From positions 17,050,001 to 17,114,000 of the forward strand of contig CM059452.1 in assembly GCA_030390025.1 (NCBI GenBank): 64,000 nt of DNA. The letters are read 5' to 3'. The position numbers and the translations under genes are program-made. Of the stretch, positions 29,735 to 43,313 are shown piece after piece. Within the stretch, counting starts at the first letter, position 1, and every line of letters starts with the position of its first letter. This stretch comes from Squalus acanthias. Lineage: Eukaryota. The notes beneath the pieces were generated by a model, which saw only the letters and a program-made list of their open reading frames with translations, made no database searches and had not been told where the DNA came from.

Positions 29735-32700
29735 AGACTCAGTCAGGTCCAGACCGCCTCACCGGTCCATGTCCCAGACTACACCAGAACCTCTCACCAG
29801 ACACTGACCTAGATAGTACCAGATCATCCTTCAGCAACCACAGACCAGACTGAACAAAACGCTCCCTCACCGAGCCCTCCCCCAACCTAAATCAGACAAC
29901 CCTCACCAGTCCCTTTCCCAGACTAAAACAGAACTTCCCTCACCAGAAACTGTCCGAAACTGAACCAGACATTCCATCACCAGAAACCGCCTCACACTGA
30001 ATCAGACCCTAACACACGAGCCCCTGTCCCAGACTGAACCAACACTCCCACATCAGTCACTGTCCCAAACTGAAACACAACCTCCCTCACCAGCCCCTGA
30101 ACCAGATTCTCCCTCACAGCCCCTGTCCCAGACTGAACTAGACTCTCCCTCACCATTCCCTGGCCCAGACTGAACAAGACCATCACTCACCAGTCCCTGT
30201 CCCATACTGAACAAAACCCTCCCTCAACAGTTCCTGTCCCAGACTGAACAAGACCCTCCTTCAACAGTCCCTGTCCCAGATTGAACAAGCCTCACCCTCA
30301 CCATTCCCTGGCACAGACTGAACGATTCCCTCTCTCGCAAGCCCCTGTCCCAGATTTCACCAGACCCTGTTTCACCAGTCCCTGTTCCAGACTTAACCAC
30401 ACCCTGACACACAAGCCGCTGTCCCAGAGTGAAGCAGACCCTCCCTCACCAGTCCCTGTCCCAGACTGAAGCAAACTCTCTCTCACCAGCCTCTGTCCCA
30501 GACTGAACCAAACCCTCCCTCACCAGTTCCTGTCCCAGACTGAACCAGACCCTCTCTAACCAGCCTCTGCCCCAGACTGAACCAGACCCACCCTCACCAG
30601 TCCCTGTCCCAGGCTAAAACAGAACTTCCCTCACCAGAAACTGTCCGAAACTGAACCAGACACTCCATCACCAGAAACTGCCTCACACTGAACTAGACCC
30701 TAACACACCAGCCCCTGTTCCAGACTGAACCAACACTTCCACATCATTCACTGTCCCAAACTGAAACACACCATCCCTCACCAGCCCCTGAACCAGATTC
30801 TCCCTCACAAGTCACTGTCCCAGAGTGAACCAGACCCTCACCACCAGCCCCTGAACCAGATTCACCCTCACCAGTCCCTGAACCAGACTGAAACAGACCA
30901 ACACTCACAGCCCCTGTCCCAGACTGAACCTGACCTACCCTCACCAGTCCCTGTCCCAGACTGAAACAGACATACCCTCACCAACCCTTGTCCCAGACTG
31001 AACCTGACCATCCCTCGCAGCCTCTGTCACAGACTGAACCAGACCCTCCCTCACCAGCCTCTGTCACAGACTGAACCAGACCCTCCCTCACCAGCCCCCG
31101 TCCCAGTCTGAACCAGACCTACCCTCACAGCCCCTGTCCCAGACTGAACCAGACCCTCCCTCACCGGTCCCTATCCCAGACTGAAACAGACATACCCTCA
31201 CCAGACCCTGTCCCAGACTGAACCAGACCTACTCTCACCAGTCCCTATCACAGACTGAAACAGACATACCCTCACCAGCCCTTGTCCCAGACTGAACCTG
31301 ACCATCCCTCACCAGTCTCTGTCACAGACTGAACCTGACCCTACCTCACCAGCCCCTGTCCCAGACTGAACCAGCCCCTCCCTCACCAGCCCCTGTCCCA
31401 GACTGAACCAGACCCTCCCTCACCAGCCTCTGTCCCAGACTGAAACAGACCCTCACTCACCAGTCCCTGTCCCTGTCCCAGACTGAACCAGACCCTTCCT
31501 CACCAGCCCCTGTCCCAGACTGAACCAGACGCTCCCTCACCAGCCTCTGTCCCAGACTGAACCAGACCCTCACTCACCTCTCCCTGTTCCTGACTGAACC
31601 AGACCCACCCTCATCAGTCCCTGTTCTTGACTGAAACAGACCATCCGTCATCAGTTCCTGTCCCAGACTGAACTAGACCCTCCCTCACCCAACCCTGTCC
31701 CAGACTGAACCAGACCCTCCCTCACAATCACTGTACCACACTGAAAAAGACGCCTGTCACCAGTCACTTTTCCAGACTGAACGAGCCCCAAACTCACCAG
31801 CCCCTGTTACAGACTGAACCAGACACTTCCTCACCAGCCCTTATCCCAAACTTAACCAGACTCTCCCTCAACAGTCCCTGTCCCAGACTGACCAGACACT
31901 CCCTCACCAGACCCTTTCCAGACATAACCAGACCATCCCTCAACAGTCCCTATCACAGACTTAATCAGAGCCTGTCTCACCAGTTCCTCTCCCAGACATA
32001 ACCAGACCCTCCTTCACCAGACCCTATCCCAGACTTAACCAGACCCTGTCTCACCAGTCCCTGTCCCAGATTGAGCCAGAGCTCCGTCACCAGCTCATGT
32101 TCCAGACTGAACCAGATCCTCCATCACTAGCCGCTGTTCCAGAGAACGAGACCCTCATTCGCCAGTCCCTTTCCCAGACTGAACGAGACCATCCCTCCCA
32201 GCCCCTGTTCCAGACTGAACCAGACACTCACTCACCAGCCACTGTTCCAGAAAACCAGACCCTCATTCGCGAGTCCATTTCCCAGACTGAACCAGACCTT
32301 CCCTCATCATCCTTGTCCCAGACTGAACAAGACCCTCCATCACCAGTCCCTTTACAAGACTGATCCAGACCACCGCTCACCAGTCCCTGTTCCAGTCTGA
32401 ACCACATCCGCACTCACCAGACCCTGTTCCCGAATGAACCATACCCTCATTCACCAGCCATTATCCCAGACTGAACCAGACCCACCCTCCCCAGCCACTG
32501 TCCCAGACTAAACCAGACCCACCCTCACATGCCTCTGTGACGGACTGCACCAAACCCTCCCTCAGCAGCCTCTGTCCCAGACTTTCCCAGACCCGACCTC
32601 ACCAGCCCCTGTCCCAGATTGAACCAGACGTCCCGTCACCAGTCCCTCTCCCAGACTAAACCAGACTCAAGCTCACCAGTCCCTGCCCAGACTTAACCAG

Positions 32701-35700
32701 ACCCTCCCTCACCAGTCCCTGTCCCAGACTGAACCAGACCCTCCCTCACCAGTCACTGTCCAGACTTAACCAGACCTTCCCTCACCAGTCCCTTTCCCAG
32801 TCTGAACCAGACCCTCCCTCACCAGTCACTGTCCAGACTTAACCAGACCCTCCCTCACCAGTCCCTGTTCCAGAATGAAGCAGACCCTCCCTCACCAGTC
32901 ACTGTCCAGACTGAACCAGACCCTCCCTCACCAGTCACTGTCCAGACTTAACCAGACCCTCCCTCACCAGTCCGTATTCCAGACTGAACCAGACCTACCC
33001 TCACCAGTCCCTGTCCCAGACTGAACCAGACCCTCCCTCACCAGTCACTGTCCAGACTTAACCAGACCCTCCCTCACCAGTCCCTGTCCCAGACTGAACC
33101 AGACCCTCCCTCACCAGTCACTCTCCCAGACTAACCCGGTACATCCCTCACCAGTCCCAGTCCCAGACTGAACCAGACCCTCCCTCACCAGTCCCTGTTC
33201 CAGACTGAAACAGACCCTCCCTCACCAGTCACTGTCCAGACTTAACCAGACCCTCCCTCACCAGTCCCTGTTCCAGAATGAAACAGAATCTCCAACACCA
33301 GTTCCTGTCCCAGACAGAAACAGACCCTCCCTCGCCAGTCCCTGACTGAGACTGAAACAGACCCTTCCTCTCCAGTGTCTGTCCCAGACTGAAACAGACC
33401 CTCCCTCACCAGTCCCTGTCCCAGACTGAACCAGACCCTCACTCACCAGTCCCTGTCCCAGACTAACCAGACCCTCACTCACCAGTCACTGTCCCAGACT
33501 GAAACAGACCCTCCCTCACCAGTCCCTGTCCGAGACTGAACCAGACCCTCCCTCACCAGCCCCTGTCCCAGTCAGAAACAGACCCTCCATCACCAGCCTC
33601 TGTCCCAGACTGAAACATACCGTCCCTCACCAGCCCCTGTCCCAGGCTGATCCTGACCCTCTCTCATCAGCCCCTATCCCAGACTGATCCTGACCCTCCC
33701 TCGCCAGTCCCTGTCCCAGACTGATCCTGACCCTCCCACACCAGCCCCTGTCCCAGTCTGAAACAGACCCTCCCTCACCAGCCCCTGTCCCAGACTGATC
33801 CTGACCCTCCATCACCAGCCCCTGTCCCAAACTGAAACAGATCCTCCCACACCAGCCCCAGCCCCAGACTGCTCCTGACCCTCCATCACCAGCCCCTGTC
33901 CCAGACAGAAACAGACCCTCCCTCACCAGCCCCTGTCCCAGACAAAAACAGACCCTTCATCAGCAGCCCCTGTCCCAGACTGAAACAGACCCTGCCTCAC
34001 CAGCCTCTGTCCCAGACTGAAACAGACCCTTCCACACAAGCCCCTGTCAAAGACTGAAACAGACACTACCTCACCAGCCCCTGTTCCAGACTGAAACAGA
34101 CCCTCCCTCACCAGCCCCTGTTCCAGACTGAAACAGACCCTCCCTCACCAGCCCCTGTCCCAAACTGAAACAGATCCTCCCACACCAGCCCCTGCCCCAG
34201 ACTGATCCTGACCCTCCATCACCAGCCCCTGTCCCAGACAGAAGCAGACCCTCCCTCACTAGCCCCTGTCCCAGTCAGAAACAGACCCTCCATCACCAGC
34301 CCCTGTCCCAGACTGAAACAGACCCTCCCTCACCAGCCTCTGTCCCAGACTGAAACAGACCCTCCCACACCAGCCCCTGTCCCAGACTGAAACAGACCCT
34401 CACTCACCAGCCCCTGTTCCAGACTGAAACAGACCCTCCCTCACCAGCCTCTGTCCCAGACTGAAACAGACCATCACTCACCAGCCCCTGTTCCAGACTG
34501 AAACAGACCCTCCCTCACCAGCCTCTGTCTCAGACTGAAACAGACCCTCCCTCACCATCCTCTGTCCCAGACTGAAACAGACCCTCCCTCACCAGCCCCT
34601 GTTCCAGACTGAAACAGACCCTCACTCACCAGCCCCTGTTCCAGACTGAAACAGACCCTCCCTCACCAGCCTCTGTCCCAGACTGAAACAGACCCTCCCT
34701 CACCATCCTCTGTCCCAGACTGAAACAGACCCTCCCTCACCAGCCTCTGTCCCAGACTGAAAGAGACCCTCCCACACCAGCCCCTGTCCCAGGCTGAAAC
34801 AGACCCTCCCTCATCATCCTCTGTCCCAGACTGAAACAGACCCTCCCTCACCAGCCCCTGTTCCAGATTTAAACCGACCCTCCCTCACCAGCCTCGGTCC
34901 CAGACTGAAACAAACCCTCCCTCCCCAGCCTCTGTCCCAGACAGAAACAGACCCTCCCTCACCAGCCCCTGTCCCAGACTGAAACAGACCCTCCCACACC
35001 ATCCTCTGTCCCAGACTGAAACAGACCCTCCCTCACCATCCTCTGTCCCAGACTGAAACAGACCCTCCCTCACCAGTCCCTGTCCCAGACTGAAACAGAC
35101 CCTCCCTCACCCGTCCCTGTCCCAGAGTGAAACAGACCCTCCCTCACCAGCCCCTGTTCCAGACTGAAACAGACCCTCACTCACCAGCCCCTGTTCCAGA
35201 CTGAAACAGACCCTCCCTCACCAGCCTCTGTCCCAGACTGACACAGACCCTCCCTCACCATCCTCTGTCCCAGACTGAAACAGACCCTCCCTCACCAGCC
35301 TCTGTCCCAGACTGAAACAGACCCTCCCACACCAGCCCCTGTCCCAGACTGAAACAGACCCTCCCTCACCATCCTCTGTCCCAGACTGAAACAGACCCTC
35401 CCTCACCAGCCTCTGTCCCAGACTGAAACAGACCCTCCCACACCAGCCCCTGTCCCAGACTGAAACAGACCCTCCCTCACCAGTCTCTGTCCCAGACTGA
35501 AACAGACCCTCCCTCACCAGCCTCTGTCCCAGACTGAAACAGACCCTCCCACACCAGCCTCTGTCCCAGACTGAAAGAGACCCTCCCACACCAGCCCCTG
35601 TCCCAGACTGAAACAGACCCTCCCTCACCAGCCCCTGTTCCAGACTGAAACAGACCCTCCCTCACCAGCCTCTGTCCCAGACTGAAACAGACCCTCCCTC

Positions 35701-37908
35701 ACCATCCTCTGTCCCAGACTGAAACAGACCCTCCCTCACCAGTCCCTGTCCCAGACTGAAACAGACTCTCCCTCACCAGCCCCTGTTCCAGACTGAAACA
35801 GACCCTCACACACCAGCCCCTGTTCCAGACTGAAACAGACCCTCCCTCACCAGCCTCTGTCCCAGACTGAAACAGACCCTCCCTCCCCAGCCTCTGTCCC
35901 AGACTGAAACAGACCCTCCCTCACCAGCCTCTGTCCCAGACTGAAACAGACCCTCCCACACCAGCCCCTGTCCCAGACTGAAACAGACCCTCCCTCACCA
36001 GCCTCTGTCCCAGACTGAAACAGACCCTCCCACACCAGCCCCTGTCCCATACTGAAACAGACCCTCCCTCACCATCCTCTGTTCCAGACTGAAACAGACC
36101 CTCCCTCACCAGCCTCTGTCCCAGATTGAAACAGACCCTCCCTCACCAGCCCCTGTCCCAGACTGAAACAGACCCTCCCTCACCATCCTCTGTTCCAGAC
36201 TGAAACAGACCCTCCCTCACCAGCCCCTGTTCCAGACTGAAACAGACCCTCCCTCACCAGCCTCTGTCCCAGACTGAAACAGACCCTCCCTCACCAGCCT
36301 CTGTCCCAGACTGAAACAGAGCCTCCCTCACCAGCCCCTGTCCCAGACTGAAACAGACTCTCCCTCACCATCCTCTGTCCCAGACTGAAACAGACCCTCC
36401 CTCACCAGCCTCTGTCCCAGACTGAAACAGACCCTCCCTCACCAGTCCCTGTCCCAGACTGAAACAGACCCTCCCTCACCAGTCCCTGTCCCAGACTGAA
36501 ACAGACACTCCCTCACCAGCCCCTGCCCCAGACTGAACTAATCACTGCCTCAACAGCTCCTGTCCTAGACTAACCCAGATACTCCCTCGCCAACTAATGT
36601 CCCAGATAGATACAAATCATCCCTCACCAGCCCCTCTCCCAGACTAAACCATACATAGCCTCAACAGACCAGTCCCAGACTGAACCAGACCCTACCTCAT
36701 CAGCCCCTGTCCCAGACTGAACCAGACCCTCCCTCAACAGCCCAGTCCCAGACTGAACCAGACCCTACCTCATCAGCCCCTGTCCCAGACTGAACCAGAC
36801 CCTCCCTCAACAGACCAGTCCCAGACTGAACCAGACCCGACCTCATCGGCCCCTGTCCCTGACTGAACCAGACCCTCCCTCATCAGCCCCTGTTCCAGAC
36901 TGAACCAGATCCACCCTCACCAGTCCCTGTCCCAAACTGAACCAGACCCTCCCTCACCAGCCCCTGTTCCAGACTGAACCAGACCCTCCCTCAACAGCCC
37001 TGTCCCAGACTGAACCAGACCCTACCTCATCAGCCCCTGTCCCAGACTGAACCAGACCCTCCCTCATCAGCCCCTGTTCCAGACAGAACCAGACCTACCC
37101 TCACCAGTCCCTGTCCCAGACTGAACCAGACATAGCCTCAACAGCCATGTCCCAGACTGAACCAGACCCTCCCTCACCAGCCTCTGTCCCAGACTTTCCC
37201 AGACCCGCCATCACCAGCCCCTGTCCCAGACTGAACCAGACCCTCCCATACCAGCCCCTGTCCCAAACTGAAGCAGACCCTCCCACACCAGTCCCTCTCT
37301 CAGACTGACCTAGATCATCACTCACCGGCCACGGTCCCAGATAGAACCAGACACTCACTCACCAGCCCCTGTCCCAGACTGAACCAGACCCTCCCTCACC
37401 AGTCCCTGTCCCAGACTGAAGCAGACCCTCCCTCACCAGTCCCTGTGCCAGACTGAGCCAGACCCTCACTCACCGGCCACGATCCCAGATAGAACCAGAC
37501 ACTCCCTCACCAGTCCCTGTCCTAAACTGAACCAGACCCTCCCTCACCAGCCCCTGACCCAGACTAATCCAGACCCTCCATCACAAGCCCCTTTCCCAGA
37601 CTGGACCAGACGTCCCGTCACCCGACCATGTCCCAGACTAAACCAGACTCAACCTCACCAGTCCCTTTCCCAGACTTAACCAGACCCTCCCACACCCGTC
37701 CCTGTCCCAGACTGAACCAGACCCTCCCTCACCAGCCACTGTCCCAGCCTAATCCAGACCCTCCCTCACCCGTCCCGTCACCCGACCATGTCCCAGACTA
37801 ATCCAGACCCACCCTCACTAGTCCCTTTCCCAGATTGTACCAGACCAACCCTCACCAGTCCCCATCCCAGTCAGGACCAGCCCCTCCCACACCAGCCCCT
37901 CACCAGCC
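29735..37908. repeat. 37-bp satellite array (~220 units), most homogeneous at ~34.3-36.5 kb
   Basis: Consensus CCCTGTCCCAGACTGAAMCAGACCCTCCCTCACCAGC; ORF offsets are multiples of 37 (35218 vs 35477 = 7x37). Confidence 0.97.
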
Positions 37909-38351
37909 GCTGATTAGAGATTTCTCCCCTCTACCGAAACAGAATAACTTCATATTTCTCATAAGGTCTACATCATTAAAGCAATAGATCATTATATAAT
38001 TTTATGAAGTGGCCACATGTAAGTGTGCGTGCGTCACCTTCAGTGATCCGGGTACCAGTTCCCCATGGGAACAAAGCACTGCCAGGATTATCTACTTTAC
38101 AACTTCCGCAATAACTATATCCTAATAGTACTTTTAATTCATTATCACTGACAGTGTCACCGATCGTGCTGATCTATAGTCAGGAGATTACAGTTAACTG
38201 TATATTTATGTATAATATATCATTCAAGAAGTTTTAATTTGAAGTACAATGTTTCATACAGAGAATATGTAAACCTATCTGGTCCATAGTACATGCAGGT
38301 GGATACAATGGTTTGGTATATAGCTATAGTGTTCCAAGTATTAGAGTGAAA

Positions 38352-38577
38352 GGCGCTCGGTGATGGTCCGGGTGATCACTGATGTGTTCAGGGTTGGTGG
38401 GGAGGGTGATGTGAGGGGTTGGAACAGATTGTGGCAGAGGCAGGCCCTGATCAACATCCTGCAGGGCGCTCAGTGATGATCCGGGTGAACACTGATGTGT
38501 TCAGGGTTGGTGGGGAGGGTGATGTGAGGGGTTGGAACAGATTGTAGCAGGAGCAGGACCTGTTCACCGACATGTAA
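38352..38577. repeat. 113-bp direct duplication (2 copies)
   Basis: GGCGCTC..CCGGGTGA..CACTGATGTGTTCAGGGTTGGTGGGGAGGGTGATGTGAGGGGTTGGAACAGATTGT starts at 38352 and again at 38465. Confidence 0.9.
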
Positions 38578-38734
38578 GGCGCGGAGGAATGACAAGAATA
38601 TCGCTGACAAAAACAACACCATCGCTCCGAATGACATTTACTTTATTTTCAACACAATTGACATCCCGGGAAATATAAACAGATGAGTTAGTAAACCAGG
38701 TGACTGTTCCCTGGTAACTTTATCCTGTTTGTCC

Positions 38735-39120
38735 CACCCAGAGACTTCAGCACACATTCTAGGCTGACACTCCAGTCAGTACTGAGGGAGAGCTGCACTG
38801 TCCGAAGTGCGGTCTCTCGGATGAGACGTTAAACCGATGCCCCGTTCTCTTGCTCAGGTGGATGTAAAAGATTCCATGGCATTATTTCGAAGAAGACCAA
38901 GGGAGTTCTCCCCGATGTCCTGCTCATAATTTATCCCTGAAAAAATATCACTAAAGCAGATTATCTGTTCATTTGTCTCATTGCTGTTTGTGGGACCTTA
39001 CTGTGCCTAAATTATCTGATTGTTTCCTATATCACAACATTTCCAAAAATGTACTTCAGCGGCTGTAAAGCGATTTGGGCCTCCAAGAAAGGCGATATAT
39101 AAATGCAGGTCTTTCTTTAG
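38735..39120 (+). mobile_element. Deu-domain SINE (SacSINE1-like), 5'-truncated
   Basis: GGATGAGACGTTAAACCGA...GATTCCATGGCATTATTTCGAAGAAG...GGCGATATATAAATGCA; colinear with the full copy at 60209. Confidence 0.85.
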
Positions 39121-39299
39121 TCGCTTTTTCCACATGCCTGATATCATTGATTTCATTACCAACAACATTCACACTATTCTCAAAACAATAACCGCTGCAC
39201 TAATCTATCCATTATACCAACACAGAACAAGCAAGGGCGGTAATCAATACCAATTAATCCTCATCCAAGTCATGCAATACCTAATTTATCACATTAATA

Positions 39300-39960
39300 T
39301 AATCATAGAATCATTCTACACAGAAAGAGGCCATTCGGACCATCGTCCCTGTGCCGACTCTCTGAAAGAGCTATTCAATTAGTCCCACTACCATGCTCTT
39401 CCCCCATTGTCCTGTAAATGTTTCCTTTTTAACTATATATCGAATTCCTTTTTGAAAGATACTATTGAATCTGCTTCCACCTTCTTTCAGGCACTACATT
39501 CCAGATCACAACAACTCGCTGTGGAAAAACAAATCACCTCATCTCCCAATGTGATTTTTTTGCCAAATCTCTTAACTCTGTGTCCTGTGGTTACCGACCC
39601 GCATGCCAGTAGAAACTGTATATTCCTATCTACCCTATCAAAAGCCCTAATAATTTTGAACACCTCTATTAAGTCTCCCCTTGATTTCATTGCTGTAAGA
39701 GGAGCAATCCCAGCTTCTCTATTCTCTCCACGTAACTGAATTCCCTCATCACTGGGCCCATTCTGGTAAATCTCCTCAGCATCATCTTCAAGGTATTGAC
39801 ATCCTTTCTAAAGTGTGATGCCCAGAAGTGGATACATTACTCCAGCTTAGACGTAATCACTGATTTATAAAGATTTAGCATAACTTCCTTGCTTATGTAC
39901 TCTATACCGCTATTAATAAAACCAAAGAACCCGTATGTTTTATTAACAGCCTTCTCAACT
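39300..39960 (-). mobile_element. Old CR1 LINE 3' fragment (appears to resume at ~41460-41550 after a younger insertion)
   Basis: RGDLIEVFKIIRAFDRVD motif, CR1 3' tail at 39300-39360. Confidence 0.85.
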
Positions 39961-41455
39961 TAGAAACATAGAAAAATAGGCGCAGGAGTAGGCCATTCGG
40001 CCCTTCGAGCCTGCTCCGCCATTCAGTATGACCATGGCTGATCGTCTATCTCAATACCATATTCCCGCTCTCTCCACATACCCCTTGATGCCTTTTGTGT
40101 CTATAAATCTATCTATCCTCCTTCTTAAATATATTCAGTGACTTGGCATCCACAGCCTGCTGTGGTCGAGAATTCTATAGCTTCATCTCCCTCTGAGTGA
40201 AGACATTTCTCCTCATCTCAGTCCTAAATGTCCTACCCGGTATCCTGAGACTGTGACCCCTCGTTCTAGACACGCCAGCCAAGGGAAACATCCTCCCTGC
40301 ATCCAGTCTGTCTAGCCCTGACAGAATTTTATACGTTTCAATGAGTCCCCCTCTCATTCTTCTAAACTCTAGGGAATACAGGCCTAGTCGACCCACTCTC
40401 TCCTCGTACGACAGTCCTGCCATCCCAGGAATCAGTCTGGTGAGCCTTCGCTGCACTCCCTCTATGGCAAGTATATCCTTTCCTAGGTAAGGAGACCAAA
40501 ACTGCACACAGTACTCCAGGTGTTTTCTCACCAAGGCCTTGTATAACTGTAGTAATAGATGCTTGCTCCTGTACTCAAATCCTCTTGCAATGAAGGCCAA
40601 CATACCATTTGCCTTCCTAACTTCTTGCTGTACCTGCATGTTTGCTTTCAGTGACTCGTGCACATGGACACCCAGGTGCCTTTATACATCAACATTTCCC
40701 AATTTATCGCCATTTAAATAATACTCTGCCTTTCTGTTTTTCTATCGAAGTGGATAAATTCACATTTATCCAAGTTATACTGCATCTGCCATGTATTTGC
40801 CCACTCAATAAACTTGTCTAAATCGCCTTGAAGCCTCTTTTCATCCTCCTCACAACTCACAATTCCACCTAATTTCGTGTCGTCAGCAAACTTGGAAATA
40901 TTACATTTGATTCTCTCATCCAAATCATTGATATATATTGTGATTAGCTGGGGCCCCAGCATGGATCCTTGCGGTACCCCACTAGTCACCGCCTGCCACC
41001 CCGACAAAGACCCATTTATTCCTACTCTCTGTTTCCTGTCTGTTAACCAATTTTCAATCCATGCCAGTATATTACCCCCATTCCCATGTGCTTTAATTTT
41101 GCACACTAACCTCTTATGTGGGACTTTATCGAACGCCTTCTGAAAATCCAAATACACCACATCCACTAGTTCTCCCGTATCTATTCTACTAGTTACATCC
41201 TCGAAAGACTCCAGTTGGTTTGTCAAACACAATTTCCCTTTCATAAATCCCTGTTGACTTTTTTCTAATCCCCTTGATATTTTCTAAGTGTCCTGTTATC
41301 ACATCCTTTGTAATAGAATCCAGCATTTTCCCTTCTTCTGATGTTAGGCTAACCGTTCTGTACTTCCCTATTTTCTCTCCCTCCTGTTTTAAATAGTGTG
41401 GTTACATTTGCCACCCTCCAATCTGTAGAAACTGTTCCATGATCTATAGATTTTT
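39961..41455 (-). mobile_element. Younger CR1 LINE, RT domain + 3' end, with frameshifts
   Basis: DVVYLDFQKAFDKVPHKRL, SGVPQGSMLGP, ISKFADDTKLGG, LEYCVQFWSPY; TAGAAACA tail at 39961. Confidence 0.95.
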
Positions 41456-42265
41456 TGTTTAGCCACTTCACAGATTAGTGTGTGTTAATCCCCAGGTCTC
41501 TTGGTCTTGCAGCCCCTTTAAAATTCATCCCTTAACATTGCCGATTTGTATCACTGCATTCTCCAGATCGGCCCCTCAGTGTCACACAGCAGCGTTTGAT
41601 CATTTTGCTATGATGAACCATATGGACCTTCTTGGAGATGTCAGTCTTGGTATCATTACATTGCACCTTTCTCTGTTTCCTGTTTGCTGCTCATCTCCAC
41701 CAACCCGCTCTAAGATTGCATGGTTCAGAAGAAATCTGAACAGATCTGTCGATTTTAGCTGCAGGTGTTGACCTGCTCAACATGGGGCGGGTTCGCCCCC
41801 AATTTTCATAATGACTTATGTTTTTTTGTCTGCAGGAAATCAGATTTAAGATGTTAGTCACAAGTGCTGCCTAACCTAAAGAATACATTTACTAATACAG
41901 ATTTTACACTAATCAATTCAGCTGAAGTGCGATCAGTTGATAGACAGCCAGCAAGAGTTGTTGCTATCTGGTTTAACCTGTGTACCATTCAGTAAACACA
42001 CTTATTTCGGATCTAATTTTTAGGAGTAATACCTTGTTAGTTTGCTGCAACATAGCGCTCTGCTCGCAGAATGCAAGTTACTGAGCCGTAACTGAGCACT
42101 GATCCCAGACCAGCCATCTGTAGCGTGTCGGCAGATTGTGACCGACAGCCGAATAATACAAGTACTGGTGCCGAGAAACATTGGAAATGTTAGTTCCTGG
42201 CTAAGCTGTGCGATTTCTTTGCAATGCTTTGACCTATTTGCCAAGGTCATTCTTATTTTAGTAGA

Positions 42266-42410
42266 TAAGAACATAATAAATAGGAGCAGGAGTGGACCAT
42301 TCGGCCCCTCGAGCCTGCTCCGCCATTCAACAAGATCGTGGCTGATCTGATCTTGGCCTCAACTCCACTTCCCTGCCCGCTCCCCATAACCCTTGACTCC
42401 CTTAGCGTTC
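42266..42410 (-). mobile_element. CR1 LINE 3' tail fragment
   Basis: ATAAGAACATAATAAATAGGAGCAGGAGTGGACCATTCGGCCCCTCGAGCCTGCTCCGCC, same as tails at 11240 and 39961. Confidence 0.85.
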
Positions 42411-43204
42411 ATTAGTAGTCGTCAGTCTGTGCTTCCCATCAATAATACATGACCGATCCACTGTTAATCGCTCGCTGAATGACGCTGTATTCGGTTAAGC
42501 TCCCAAATATGTTAGGTACTTTTCTCAACCATTTTCCAGAAAGAAATTGCAGAACTGAGATGTTTAACAAACGGCTCTTCTAACTTATCTCCAAAATTAT
42601 CGGACCTTAACGTCGACTCGCTTTAAGACAAATTCTGCCTGAAATGTTGTCAGAGGAACTGAACCATTTGGATCTGGGCTCGGTTCTCGCCGTTTCAGCC
42701 ATAACTTGGAATGTGTATTTCCCAAACAGCCTAAAGCTCACTTACTTTAAACCCAGTGATATGGACAGAAAGTAGAATAGCTTTAGATATATAACATCAT
42801 CTTTTTCCGTGTCTGACACAAGCCGATTGTATTTTACTAAATGGAGAAGACTGTTCGGGATGGTGACTGATGTGAGGAAAGAATTATCATTATTAGTTGA
42901 TGATATGGTAGCGGGAGGTCATGGAGATCACACACAACGAATGAGTCAGTTCCTTGTTTTAGTTCCCGTATGATATGGAAACTTCAGGCTATAAGTGAGA
43001 TCGGGGCGAACCCCGCCTGTGAGTTGCGGTGAAAGCCGTCAACATTGATTGGATGGACTCAAGTCAGCATTTACTTGTTAAACACCATTGGGATTGAAAC
43101 GACATCGACACTGTTTATCAATTGATTTGTTTTATTTTATTACATTATAAAAATGTAATCTATATTAGCACACGAGCGAATGGAGCAATAAACTTCATTA
43201 AATG

Positions 43205-43310
43205 TAAAAGAATTTGTACAGCGCATTCCACCACCTCATGACGTCCCAAAGTGTTTCACAGCCACTGAAGCTCTTTCTGTCGTCACTGTTGTATAAGAAA
43301 CATGTTTATA
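43205..43310 (-). mobile_element. Deu-SINE 3' tail remnant
   Basis: GACGTCCCAAAGTGTTTCACAGCCA resembles the reverse complement of the SINE tail at 60600-60660. Confidence 0.6.
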
Positions 43311-43313
43311 TAT

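Noticed and set aside
29992-37358. Gly-rich ORFs (REGLFQSGTG...)
   Set aside because: Translations of the 37-bp satellite
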